A stretch of 62,326 nt of DNA, filler included, from Collodictyon triciliatum (GCA_043381765.1; 7 parts of 7 records of this genome joined end to end with filler, not necessarily neighbours in it); one strand, 5' to 3'. Positions 40,212-54,166 are shown, counted from the whole stretch's first letter. The notes: generated from the letters alone by a model not told the origin. A program made the numbers and translations.

Positions 40212-41577
40212 TTATCTTGTGTATGTTGCAATAAAGAGGAGAAAAAAAAAGTGGGTGTATGTGCTTATCCATCCAGATTGTTTTGCAAAGCGGCACTTGT
40301 GCGGGGTGTGATGGGTAAGGATGGAAGCATGAGCCATTACAGATTTCATTTTCTTGGGGTGGTACGGAAGAATCTTGAAGAATCCTTTCCAGTCCTGTGC
40401 GTGCGAAGGAAGCTTCGTTTTCAAACCGGCAAACTCGGCGGCTGGGAGTGGGAAATCAAGGAAGGTGAGACGTTTGCCTGGTGTTTCGATGGAGGTAAGG
40501 GCGCTAGTTTGCGTGCGTCCGTATGTGTTTTGTGTTGCTACGAGCGACGTCTTTGTATGAAACAGAGAGAATAATATTTCTTTTGTTATTCTTTTGTTAT
40601 TCTTTTGTTATTCTTTTGTTATTCTTTTGTTATTCTTTTGTTATTCTTTTGTTATTCTTTTGTTATTCTTTTGTTATTCTTTTGTTATTCTTTTGTTATT
40701 CTTTTGTTATTCTTTTGTTATTCTTTTGTTATTCTTTTGTTATTCTTTTGTTATTCTTTTGTTATTCTCTTGTTATTCTTTTGTTATTCTCTTGTTATTC
40801 TTTTGTTATTCTTTTGTTATTCTTTTGTGTTGTTTATTACTATTCATCGCCTGGAATCGGCAGTCACTTAAGTCGAACTGGCCCTTAAGTTGGAAGGTGG
40901 TGTGGATGTCGAACATCTGCAATGATATAAGAGTTTGCTGTGATGAGCATCAGAACTCTTATTCAGAGGAGCGTGAATGGGAATAAGAAGACAAAAGCAT
41001 CGGTGGCTGGCTTGGATATGACGTACCCCATCAATAGGCTCATTTGGGCTGTTTATCACAAAGTATCTGAATATCCCTTTGGAATCGATGCTGCACCAAC
41101 GATTTTCCCACCGATTCCATAGCGCTTTCATGCTTAACTTCAACACCTGCCCAGCCACAATACCAGGTGGCTGCGAAACACAATGGAAGCGTTCAAATAG
41201 ATGTACACGACATGCATTTGCGTAAGGCTGATGATATTCCCAAGGTGAAGTTTGTGAATCTTGTTCGAATTATTTCTCCTTTTTTTTCTTCTTTTCTTAT
41301 TTTATTTTTTGTTACCTACTAGAAAATTGAGGGGGAAAATCGATGGATTGAAACATACTGCAAATCTGCTCAGATCGACGACATATGCCCTCTCGTTGAA
41401 ATAGGTGCACCATTTGGAATGTTCCTGCGAGAAAGGAATCAATTAGTACTTGCATAAAGACATCAATATGCAGCCTCATATTTATTTTATCGTGGTAGTT
41501 TGTTTCAGCTTTATCTTATTAAAAAAAAAATCAATTGTAATAACAAGGATGTGTATGTTGCACGAATGAATCGGTGG

Positions 41578-41660
<83 letters not shown>

Positions 41661-44600
41661 NNNNNTAGATAGATAGATACGGATGTTACCTCGTCACTAG
41701 GACTACTTAGTCGATAAATTCGCAGTCTATCCGAGCGTCGTCCCGGAAAAAATCTCCAACAGAACATCTTTTTTTCTGCCGAACTTGTTTCAAGATTTTG
41801 AAAAAAACACTCTGGTTTATATCAACGGATTAGCGTTACACGATTTATTTCATCTGAGGAGGAAAAGGTAGTAAATCTGGTAAAAGGTGGGGGAATCAAG
41901 TATAATTAACAATTATCAAATAATGATAGATCATTAGATTGTGTCCATAAAAGAGTAACTCAATTGCATAATATCTTACTCAATACATCCACACTTTTCC
42001 TCTTCTTGAATTCGAACTGTTCCGTACCAACATAGTTCTACAGGCATAAATCAGTTCATAAGGAAAAAGCTGACATATGTTTGGATGTGTAGGAGGGATT
42101 ATATATGTATAAATAACAACCATATGAACATAAAATACAATAACAATGAAGGGGGAGTGAGAACGAAATTTTTCGTTCTCATTTTTTTCTTATAAAATAA
42201 TTGAAAAAAAAAGGAAAAAGGAAAAAGGAAAAGGAAAAGGAAAAAGGAACCAAGTGATCATATGTGGGAGGTAAAGGATGGATTTAAGATGAATCGTTTG
42301 AATGAAGATTATACGATTTCTTACCATGTCATACCATGTAAAATAGTCATAGTCATCGATAACGCACCATCTCCATCTCCATCTGTCGCTCTTGATCATC
42401 GGTGCTTTGGACGCCTTATAAATCCATCCATGAATTCTACCCTGCGGAAACTTACGTCGGAAAAAAGGAAATTAAGCAGGACAGCATTAGTGTATATTGG
42501 AAATAATTAAGGATGGGCTAGTTTATAGAATAAGAATTGATATGTAGGGTTCTAATGTTGATGGACGGTATAATCGCAAAAATAAATTAATATATTGCTT
42601 CCTACATATCTTTCATCGAAAAGGGGTGCGAACACATTTGACTGTTGCTGTCTTGGATTCTACAAATGAGCAAATGCGCTTGAGTCTTAAGAAACCAAAT
42701 TTAGATGAGATATACAGATATACGCGCTAATATATAAGCGTAATGATGGAAATAGTAGTATTTGAATAAACTTGGGTGGTGTATTGTATTCACAGGACAG
42801 AAACATAAATGTGAAATAATTCATGAAAACAAACGTATGAACATGAATCTCGAAATTTCATACTCATTATATTGACTTAAAAATTACATTAGACTGAATA
42901 ATTAAAGCATAATAATACCATATCCACTTGGTTACGATAATGCTCAGACTGAAATATTGTCACTGGAAATGTGGCACGTGATGCTTTCCCTTGAAACTGT
43001 GCGACTGTCACAAGATTATAAAAGACACGAAATGTGGAGTTCTGTAATACACTCGGCGTAAAAATGTGGTTGTCTAGAGTTTCTGATTCGATGTCCTTTT
43101 TCGACTTTATTGCAGCGTCTCCAATAAAGAATAAAACGTCGCGGTTGATTGATTCCTCACGAGAAGTTAATTGAATTCCTAAAAATAAAAGTAGAGAAAT
43201 TCCAAATAATTGGGATTAAGTTTTTAGAGAAAGAATACATATCGGTTTCATTCATGTAGACAACCTGTTTAATTATAGTAATTGAGAAATAGTATAAAAT
43301 AATAATAATAATAATAATAATAATAGTGTAAAGGATGTATCGTTAACTTAAAGCTAGAAGCCTAGCACCTTCAAAAAAGCTGTTCATTATATATGTTATT
43401 CTCGTTTCATTTTTGTTTTAAGGTTTAAAAATTGAATGTAGGCGATGGGTTGTTAAAAAAAACTGACCGAGCTCTTTCGAATTCACAGTTTCAGTCACGG
43501 TACATTTTTCCCGAGTAGAGCCTGGAGGTGGTTCTATACATATTGTTCTTTCCAGTGAAACAACTAAGGTAACCTAATTAGAAATTATTGGATGTTATTG
43601 GATGTTATTGGATGTTATTGGATGTTATTGGATGTTGTTATTGGATGTTATTGGATGTTATTGGATGTTATTGGATGTTATTGGATGTTATTGGATGTTA
43701 TTGGATGTTATTGGATGTTATTGGATGTTATTGGATTTTATTGGATTTTATTGGATTTTATTGGATTTTATTGGATTTTATTGGATTTTATTGGATTTTA
43801 TTGGATTTTATTGGATTTTATTGGATTTTATTGGATTTTATTGGATTTTATTTTTTATGTAACTAAAATTTTAAATTGGTATTATCACTATTGTATAAAA
43901 AAATTCTCCCGATTAGTCTGTATCCAATAATCAAATTTTTAAAGAGATAATATCCTATTATTTGCTTAAAAAAAAATCATAGCTGGCATATAATAATGAC
44001 CATATGAAAAAGATTACTGAGAAAATTATTTTAAAAATAAAAGGGAGGCTACGAAATCAATCTACCTTGTTTGCGTCTAAATTGTGCTGGTGCTGTGTTT
44101 GTTGTTGGTCTTGCGACAAAGCAACACTATCCCAGGGAATATTTCGTATATGAAAATGTACAGGAATATCGTCCGCTACTCGACAACAAAGGCCATATTC
44201 GGTATTTCCGTCCCAAAAAAAACCTGCTCCCTAGTAATCGGTTATGGCAGGGGAATGTGGGAGAAGTGTAGCGCTTTGTTAGAAGGAAAAAATATCAAAT
44301 ACATGCATAATTCATCCTAAAAGAATCTAAACATGATTAACTACTAAATGAGATGGCAATAAACAAAACAAAAAAAATGAAATTTAAATGTGTAAAAATA
44401 AAATAGTACACTATTAATATATGTTTCTACATCGAACGGGCCATTTGATTCTTTGTTGAAAGGTATTCTTGGTGATGGTTTTAAAGCCAAATTATCAGAG
44501 TTTAAGAAATCGCCCACACAAATTACACTTGCAGAGCTAGATTAATGAGTTATCAAAGGGCTTGTCATTCTCACATTGGTATTATGATAAGCTATGTATC

Positions 44601-46890
44601 ATAGATCACCCTTTTGCAGAGAAAACAATACGTATATTATCAATAAAATACGGTGAATTTTTGTGGAACACATATTAAGTACATGGTATTGGAGATTATG
44701 TTGCTTGTGCAATTAAAAAAAAAGCTTAAAAAAAAAACGTAAAAAGTAAATTTCGATAACGAATAATATTTCTGGAAGAAACCTTGAATGAACCACACTC
44801 CCATCGAGTCGTGTCATCGTAGCCTCTACAGTATATGTGCATCGGGCCAACGCACGGAATTGGGCGTCTCTACATTACATTCGAAAGGTTACATCAATGA
44901 ATTCATAGACATTTAAAAGATTAAGATTAAGGTTAAAAAAAAAAGTACTAATAATATAGAGAAAGAAAAAGAAAGAGAGAAGGTATTGGTATCCTATGAT
45001 TTCAATCTAATATTATTATTTCGATGCACTTTTTCGCATGGTCCGACAGAATCCTCATAGAAATATCATGACAGTATTTTGAATATTGATGTTTACACGC
45101 AAGTTCACAACGAAAATGAAGGGGGAACATGAAATTGATGTAAAAAATGAAGAGAAAGGGGAAAACAAAAAGCTATGGTTTGTTGCATTCTCGTATCATC
45201 GAATCCAATTATATCGATAAAGTATGATAATGCTGATGATGAAAGGAATAAGAATGCTCACTTCCCATGCCCAGGATGATGGAATGTCGGCGGAATGTTT
45301 CTTGGAAACTATTAAAAAAAAAAAAAAAAAAAACACAGCCGAGTTAGCATCCCAAAATGATTTTGAAAAGAATGATATGATGATACCATAAAGAAATGAA
45401 ACCACCCGACAATTAAAAAAAACGTATTAAAAAGAAATGAAAATAATCAAATTGATATCATGAAGTGATTTGGCTAAGGTGTATTTTACAGATCAATTCA
45501 ACTAAATTAGAAATAAAAGTAAAAACAAATGAAATGCCCGCCCAAAGCAATTATGCAAATAAGACAAATGAATCTGGTCGATATATTAGGTGTAATCATA
45601 ACATAAAAGCTGCACATAGAAATGATGTCATGAAGAGACATCAGTAAAAATATATATATATTAAAGATTGCACAAACTAACCGGAATACGAAATGAAAAA
45701 CTGTAAATGCCTGGCGCAATGGCAATTTCTCGCTCTGGATGGCCACTGCTGTAGAGAACAGCTTCATGGTAGATATATCCAGCCTTTTCTGCGGACGACA
45801 ACGACGACGAAGCAGAGTCTTGTACGGGCCTTTCCATCTTCCCATAAGCGGCAGATATATTGTCTAATCAAACAGAACAGAACATAAACTAAAATAAGAC
45901 ATGGAAAGAAAGAAAAAGCTTCTCTTGATCTGGTTAAGAAAAAAAATATGCCGATAAAACATCAATACAGCGAAATGGATTTCGACAATGTGGAATGAAC
46001 ATAATGTGCTAATCAGCCCATGGTCTAGTGGTAAATTTGAAACAAAACAAAACAAAACAAAACAAAACTAAACTAAACAAAACAAAACAAAACAAAACAA
46101 AACAAAACAAAACAAAACAAAACAAAACAAAACAAAACAAAACAAAACAAAACAAAACAAAACAAAACTAAACAAAACAAAACAAAACTAAACAAAACAA
46201 AACAAAACAAATATATCTTAAATGATTTCGGGCTCGCATTATCTTATGGACGCGCCATTTGTTCATATGTATGGTTCAAACAAAAACACGAAGAAAACAA
46301 AAGAAAGCAGAAGCGCATTCCCTGGTGGACGTACCATACACCCTGATGATGACCTGCTGGGCCAGAAAGCCCCGAGCAGAGCGGAGATGGACACGGCCGT
46401 AGAGGAAGGCGCCGCCGGTGACGCAGACGCGGGCGCACTCGAGGGCGAACGGGCCCTTCTGCAAAAGAGTTGCGGGAGACTTTGCCGCATCGCCCGACAC
46501 AGAGGCCGCCTCCCCGTGCGCACTCCCAGCGACGCCTCCGCCCGCACTCTCGCCCCCGTTTGCCGCTGCGCCGTGCCCGACACTCTGACCCTGGCTTTGA
46601 TTCTGATTCTGACTTTGACTCTGACTCTGACTTTGATTCTGACTCTGACTTTGATTCTGACTCTGACTTAGACTTTGACTATGATTCTGGCTGTGGCTGT
46701 GGCTGTGGTTGTGGCTGTGGTTGTGGCTGTGGATCTGATGTGGGGTGGGAGTCTGCGTGGCGTGGGTGGCGAAGGGGCTGCCCAGTCCGCGTGGCAGCGA
46801 ATGCCCGTACGGCTCGGTGCAAAGGCCCGGCACCTCCGAGGCCGTGGACGACGTCAGCGAGGTCAGCCGCACGCGCGTGTTGCTGCCCAT
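40212..46890 (-). CDS. Arrestin-domain protein with two C-terminal PH domains, multi-exon
   Basis: After an HS/QS repeat come arrestin-N-like segments (VTGGAFLYGRVHLRSARGFLAQQVIIRVYG, IAPGIY...IPSS) and an arrestin-C-like segment (PSVLQNSTFRVFYNLVTVA). PH-like segments follow: HGWIYKAS...RWRWRWCVI...RIYRLSSPSDEEHSKW and AGQVLKLS...RWENRWCSIDSKGIFRYF. Confidence 0.7.
40580..40828. repeat. (TTATTCTTTTG)n 11-mer minisatellite, intronic
   Basis: Tandem array seen directly. Confidence 0.95.
43586..43850. repeat. (TTGGATGTTA)n changing to (TTGGATTTTA)n 10-mer minisatellite, intronic
   Basis: Tandem array seen directly, with one motif switch. Confidence 0.95.
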
Positions 46891-47447
46891 CTCGACCTTG
46901 TGCGGGCGAGGGTTCTGCGTCAGCACACGTGGCTCTTTCTTACTCTCTTTTTTCTTTTTTCTTTTTTCTTTTTTCTTTTTTCTTTTTTCTTTTTTCTTTT
47001 TTCTTTTTTCTTTTTTCTTTTTTCTTTTTTCTTTTTTTTCATTTTTTCATTTTTTCATTTTTTCATTTTTTCATNNNNNNNNNNNNNNNNNNNNNNNNNN
47101 NNNNNNNNNNNNNNNNNNTTAATTAATTAANNNNNNNNNNNNNNNNNNNNNNNNNNNNNNNNNNNNNNNNNNNNTTGTTTGTTTGTTTGTTTGTTTGTTT
47201 GTTTGTTTGTTTGTTTGTTTGTTTGTTTGTTTGTTTGTTTGTTTGTTTGTTTGTTTGTTTGTTTGTTTGCTTAATTGTTTGTTTTGTTTTGTTTTGTTTT
47301 GTTTGTTTGCCTGTTTTTTTTTATTTGTTTGTTTTTCAAGACAACCATTACAATTCATAATCATTTTCATTGTTACTATCATTGTCATTTTCTTGTTCAT
47401 TTTCTCTCCTTGACTTAAGCATACGTACCATTTAGCTAATCCGCAAG

Positions 47448-48316
47448 CAGAAAAGAATTTCATCCTCCCGTGTCCTATAACATGCAGCGCCGTTGATTCA
47501 ACTGGCCGTATTCTGGCCTGCGGACACCAAGATGGAAGCACAATCGTTTGGGATATGGTTCTCGGTACAAACGCCTCTTGTTATCTAAGCATTCCTTAAT
47601 TTGAAAGAAAAAAGTGCATCGGTTCACTTATTTTGAACATAGAATTCTTTTGGATAAAAATTGTAATATTGAAATTTTTATCACATATACTGGACAGTAA
47701 AGCTATATCGTCTGTATTTTCTTTTACTCGTGAATCAATTTTTATGACCAGAGGTCTTTTAATCACTATTTTATCTTCTGAAACAACCAAAAAAATTATT
47801 TATTTTTGGTAAAAATAGGAACCGACATATTTCTTTTGTCCAAGCAAAAAACACCAATCACTTCAGTTTCTTTCTTCAAGCAGTCGCATGTTATCAACAG
47901 CTCAGTCGAGGGGATTGTTCATTTATATGGTATTATAATTGTCTATCCCAAGCAACCGTTCCCCGTTTATTGCAATAGAGCCAGTTGTTTCTATTTTCAT
48001 ACATTTATTTCAGATTTGACTGCCTCCGGGAAATTGTCCATTCATAAGGAAAGTGTGGCGCGTGTAGATTATGTTTCTGCGCTGATGGATGTACCTATTG
48101 TAATGCACTTCCTTAAAAACAAAAAACAAAAAACAAAAAAAACAAAAAACAAAAAAACAAAAAACAAAAAACAAAAAAAACAAAAAAACAAAAAACAAAA
48201 AACAAAAAAAAAAAAANNNNNNNNNNNNNNNNNNNNNNNNNNNNNNNNNNNNNNNNNNNNNNNNNNNNNNNNNNNNNNNNNNNNNNNNNNNNNNNNNNNN
48301 NNNNNNNNNNNNNNNN

Positions 48317-48379
<63 letters not shown>

Positions 48380-50367
48380 AAAAAACAAAAAACAAAAAAC
48401 AAAAAACAAAAAAAAAACAAATAAAAGAAAATAAAAGAGACTAATTCTTGAGACTCAAACAATAGGCAGTGAGCATGTCCCAGGAAGGTTCGATTCGGTT
48501 ATACAGTATCTTTGACAGAAGAATCATAGCGAAGCTTGGGATGATGAGCCCGTGGAAGGTTCACATAATGTTTTTTTTTCCTTTTTTTTTCCTTTTTTTT
48601 GTTCTGATTTGTTTTTCTTCATAAACCCCCAATAACTCTTTGAATTATGCTGGTATATTCAAACCGTGTGAATAGCTCAAGCCTTCGGGACTTTTTATCT
48701 CATGCTTTGATAACTTTGTGTCGCTTCTTGGTTTCCGTGAGGTGATTTAACTTTACGATTTATCCCAGATTTTTTCCCTACCTATGAAAAGTCAACTTAA
48801 TCACTTTTTTCAAGACTTTAGACTAAGCAATATATTTCCCTTTTCCCTTTTCCCTTTTCCCTTTTCCCTTTTCCCTTTTCCCTTTTCCCTTTTCCCTTTT
48901 CCCTTTTCCCTTCTCTTTTTCTATGCAACGTCATATCATTCTGGCCATAATCTATCTGGATTCCAGACCGAAACTGACAACGTATCCCAAACGCGCGATA
49001 CATTCTTAATGAATAATTTTCTTTATTCCCAGCACAATCAAAATCAATTCTATTATGATATTTTTTTCTTGATAAAATTGAAAAAAAGGACAGCACAAAG
49101 ATGTTGGTGTATTTCCTTGGTGAGATGGCTATTTCGAGGTATTCTTTCTGGTTTACTATTATGCTGTTCGAGGTATAAAGGACATTTATTCAGTACTTTT
49201 TTTATTCCCTCTCCTTTTGTTCAACTACAACGATAAACGACGCCTCTATTCTTAAAAACAGGTCAGGCGACCACTCGTCTCTGGAGATTAATGTAGTTGC
49301 CATGCTTAAAGCTTCTGACAAGCACTATTTGTTTATTTGTTAAACAGCAAATTTGATAAAGGCCCATTTTTGCACTATTATTTCTAAAGTTGAATATACC
49401 TGGAGTACTATATTTTATGATAGAAGCCGCAAATTATGTTCGATATGATATTTTTTTAAAGTTCGATTCAAAAGACCACTTACTCACCTAATCAAATAAT
49501 CAGAAAGTCCCGGGTGAGATGTCCAGTACACCTATTCCACTTCCGTCTGAGCGCGAAGGTAAGATGCATTTTGTCCAATACAGATATATTAAACAACAAA
49601 TAGTAAGAAATGGATCAAAAGTGAATCTAAATGAAGAAAGAAAAAAAGGCTTTCTATGGAAAAACGTGTAAAATATTTATCTTTGTAAACTCTTTTTTTG
49701 TTGTTGTTTTCTTTATCCCTTTAGCCGACGACTCCCGAAGGTATTAGGCGATGGGCCATTTGCTTTCTTTCACATTAATTTGTATCTTCCTGAATTTACC
49801 ATAATATCACGCATTAATATAAGAAGCTGTATCTCACAAATCGCCTCGCTTTTTTTTCCTGCATTTGTAGNNNNNNNNNNNNNNNNNNNNNNNNNNNNNN
49901 NNNNNNNNNNNNNNNNNNNNNNNNNNNNNNNNNNNNNNNNNNNNNNNNNNNNNNNNNNNNNNNNNNNNNNNNNNNNNNNNNNNNNNNNNNNNNNNNNNNN
50001 NNNNNNNNNNNNNNNNNNNNNNNNNNNNNNNNNNNNNNNNNNNNNNNNNNNNNNNNNNNNNNNNNNNNNNNNNNNNNNNNNNNNNNNNNNNNNNNNNNNN
50101 NNNNNNNNNNNNNNNNNNNNNNNNNNNNNNNNNNNNNNNNNNNNNNNNNNNNNNNNNNNNNNNNNNNNNNNNNNNNNNNNNNNNNNNNNNNNNNNNNNNN
50201 NNNNNNNNNNNNNNNNNNNNNNNNNNNNNNNNNNNNNNNNNNNNNNNNNNNNNNNNNNNNNNNNNNNNNNNNNNNNNNNNNNNNNNNNNNNNNNNNNNNN
50301 NNNNNNNNNNTCTGGTAAGACTCCTTAGGTTCTTCGCCATGGGTGGCATCTGCAAAGGTAACAGTCG
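47448..50367 (+). CDS. WD40-repeat protein fragment (tentatively WDR93-like)
   Basis: Exons FILPCPITCSAVDSTGRILACGHQDGSTIVWD, PITSVSFF...SVEGIVHLYDL and AVSMSQEGSIRLYSI. Exons after 48558 are uncertain and a gap intervenes. Confidence 0.6.
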
Positions 50368-51094
50368 AACGAGTAAGCGATTGTTGAGCTTGTAGCAGCA
50401 GCACAACTAGAAAACAATTGGGTTTCCGAATATTCTATATATATATATCTTGACTTCTTCCCCATTTCTGTACAGCAACATTTGATGCTTGACTGCAAGA
50501 AGCCTCATAGGTTTCGAGAGTAATGACAGAAATAAAAGTCCAAGTAAATCCATGCAACATAGGTGAGATCAGCTTTGGATCAGCCTTGGATAATAGTACA
50601 CTACTGTTTATACCGTAAAAATATATGTGGAAAATAGGGCGGAATCCGCTCCAACCCACCGGCGGATTGGTACATCTCAGACTACGCGCCCGCCCGCCAC
50701 CACAACAATTATTTTATTACCTATAAAAAAAAAACTTACCTGTTCGGCCGTAGGCAATCTCTATTCATCACAACAATTTAATTAAAAAAGAAATTAAACA
50801 AAGAATGCCTCTGGGTATTCTCACCTCTATGATTTGGTCTAGATTAGCCGGTGTCGAAGTAAAAATCCACATTCAATTCGCCCGCATCGCCACACTGCCA
50901 CAATTCAACTGGACATTTGATATTCGCAAAAAGCCAAAGCCATCCCAACCAACGTCCCTCATCCCCTGCAAGTGCTGCTGTTTTATACGTTGCCGAGACC
51001 GAGCATCCAGGCCACAGGGAAGGGTCTGGTCATGGGGCAAAGAAGATGCGGCGCAGCATTGTTGGAGAAGGGAGGGCTGGTAGTGAGAGAATGC

Positions 51095-52915
51095 TTAGCC
51101 GAGGACGGGCATGCTCATGCTAGACGAGAGAGTGCTGATGTCGTCATCCTTCCAGAGGCTTGTGATGGTCTTTGTCTGTGTGTAGAACTGCACGGCACTC
51201 TTCCCATAGAAGTTGACATCGCCGCGGATGGAGCCACGCGAGCCAGTGAACGAGAAGAAGGGGAGAGGCACGGGGATGGGCACGTTGACACCGACCTGGA
51301 GATGATGTGATTCTGAGAAATTGTGAGAAATGGTGAGAAATGGCGAGAAATTATAACCTGTCCGACGTCGATCTCGTGCTGGTACTTGCGTGCTGCGGCA
51401 CCAGAGCGTGTAAAGATGGCGGTTCCGTTTCCGTAGGGGTTCTTGTTAATGAGTGAGATGGCATCGTCCAGGGTGTTGACCTTGACGCAAATCATCACGG
51501 GGCCGAAAACCTTCAATGATTGATTTACATATAAATGTTTGCATTCACCACTTTATTTGCATTATTGCGAGTTATGGAATCACACCAAAACCTCGAATCA
51601 GGACTTGGCTAGGATATAGTAACCATGACATGTTTCAGGCTGTGAAGATGATAGAGATGGAGATGTATATGGTTTACCTCTTCCTTGTAGATTTCCATAT
51701 CAGGAGTGACATCAGTAATGATAGTTGGGCCAACAAAGTTTCCTTGGTCGTATCCGGGCACTTTGATATTGCGGCCGTCGAGGAGGATTCGAGCACCCTC
51801 TTTCGCACTGTTTTCGATCAGGCGGTGGACTCTGTCCTTGGACTGAGGAGCAAGAAATTATATGTATATGTTTAGGGCTGGACTGACTAAGACATCTGTA
51901 CACACAGAGAGCAAAGTGCTCATGTGCTGACGTATTTTACTCTGTCTTGAAAGAGTGCTATAAAAGGGAGAGATAGATATATACAAAAAGGAAGAAAAGG
52001 ATAAGAAAAAAAAAAGGGAAGGGAGACAAGAGAGATTGTTAAAGTTCGGTTACATCTTTGGAGACAAGCGGGCCCATATTAGCCTTGGGGTCAGCTGGGT
52101 TTGTGACGACAAGACGCTTGGCACGCTCAACGAGGTCATTAATCCTGTAGTTAAAAAGGTCCACGGTAAGTAATTGAATATTGATTTACATAAACGAAAC
52201 GAAACTTCACGCAGGTGAACGCACAAAACGTATTTACCAGGCCTGGCTTTCACCCACAAACAAAGTGGCAGATAGAGCCATGCAGCGTTGTCCAGAGGCC
52301 CCAAAAGCAGCACCAGTCAGCGCATCCAGCGTCGTTTCACGATTGGCATCTGGGAGGATGGTGGCATGGTTCTTTGCTCCAAGATTCGCCTACGGTGCAT
52401 ATTAATAAAAGAAAATTATTTTCTGTCATCACAAATTGTGGAACAAGAATTGAGATTGATAGGCAACATACTTAAGTGGTCATTTGTTTAAAAGTGGTAG
52501 TTGTACCTGAACTCGTTTCCCATTCTTTGAACCTAATTCGTGAATGTAAGTTCCGACACGGTTACTTCCGACAAAGGAAATAGCACGAATGTCGGGGTGT
52601 GTACAGATAAAATCAACGGATTCCTATATGTTATAGTCTATTATTAATATGAATCACATGATATTTCCCATTTCATCTAATACTACTGGAGCAAGTGGGA
52701 ATGCAAACCTTTTGGCCGTGGATTACATTCAGTACTCCTGGTGGGAGTCCAGCTTTCAAAGCTAATTCGGCAAGGAACATAGTAGCTCCAGGGTCGCGCT
52801 CGGATGGCTTGAGGACGAAGGTATTACCACAAGCTGTGGCGATTGGGAACCTGGTGTTAAAACATATCGTTTAAGTCAACTTCAGGTTATTCTAGGATAT
52901 TTCTTGTCAAAATAT

Positions 52916-52982
<67 letters not shown>

Positions 52983-54135
52983 AAGCTCATATTAGAGGCT
53001 CCAATAACCGAGATGCAAAAATCCACTCACATCTGATCGCATAGATCGTTGGTTTCCAGGGTGAAGTCAGTGTTGATGGCAGAACAAGTATTTGTAGACA
53101 TAAATGCAATATATAGTAAAACATTATCGGTTAATTTTATGATACGTGCATTCGAGAAGAGTAAAGTTTCAGGCGGTAGAGCCATAAGGGCTAACTACAG
53201 AGTGAATGAACTATGGCATAGTACCCACCCATAGAGGAATCATAGCAGGAAAATTAAATGGGGTAATTCCAGCGCACACGCCCAAAGGTTGGCGGTAGCT
53301 GTATGTATCCATATTGCGGGAAACTCCTTCGGCAGTTTCGCCCATAGTTAATGTCGCCATCGAGCAAGCGTGCTCGACAACTTCTAGTCCACGGAAAACG
53401 TCACCCTAGCAACCCACAAGTTTCAAAAACGAAAAAAAATTGCAACTGTGAATAGAAGATTGAAATCAACATATTGATTGGATGTGTATGCGACTTTCTC
53501 AGCCAAAGTCTGTCTTCATATAAGGGGGTGCGTAAGATTACGATTTAATATACAAGCTGCAAAGCGATAAATGATGTATATCTAGAACAAACCTCAGCAT
53601 CAGCCTTGGTTTTGCCGAGCTCTTGGGTAATGAGGCTTGCAATCTTTCCCTGAAGGATGAAATGAAGAAGCATCAGCGAGGACAGGGCAAGCAATCGGGG
53701 AAAATCATGCTTGTATATGGAACAAGGAGTATGGGTGCTGTAACAAACCGTGTTCTCCCGAATAAGCTGTTGGTAATTGAACATGGTGCGGACTCTGGTG
53801 AGTGTGCTGACGTCTTTCCAGGACTTGAAGGCCTCTTTGGCGGCTGCGACTGCTGCATTCATTTCGTCGTTGGTAGTCAGCGGAACGCGAGAGACAACCT
53901 CCTGAGTGGCCTGTTTTGCGTGTTTCCGCAGAGTGATTGAGAGTTGCCATGATACTTTGCGGTTCGAGTCGAGACAAATAGTAGAATAAGGCAGTCTTCT
54001 ATGACTATGTAAGAGGAATGGAGCAAAAAAATAAAATAAAATACAGACGGGATTCGTCACGTCCACGAAGTTTTTGGCCTTGGACTCGACAGCCTGGCCA
54101 TTGATGAGAAGCTTCACAGTCGGCTGTAGCAAATC

Positions 54136-54166
<31 letters not shown>

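Noticed and set aside
40580-40828. Regular arrays that might suggest CRISPR or telomeric repeats
   Set aside because: Head-to-tail units without spacers, inside eukaryotic introns, and each locus has a different unit.
46016-46036. tRNA-like A-box GCCCATGGTCTAGTGGTA
   Set aside because: No anticodon arm, T-arm or B-box; it runs straight into an (AAAAC)n repeat.
50733-50742. AACTTACCTG resembling the U1 snRNA 5' end
   Set aside because: No U1 stem-loop motifs or Sm site follow. It is simply the complement of a donor consensus.
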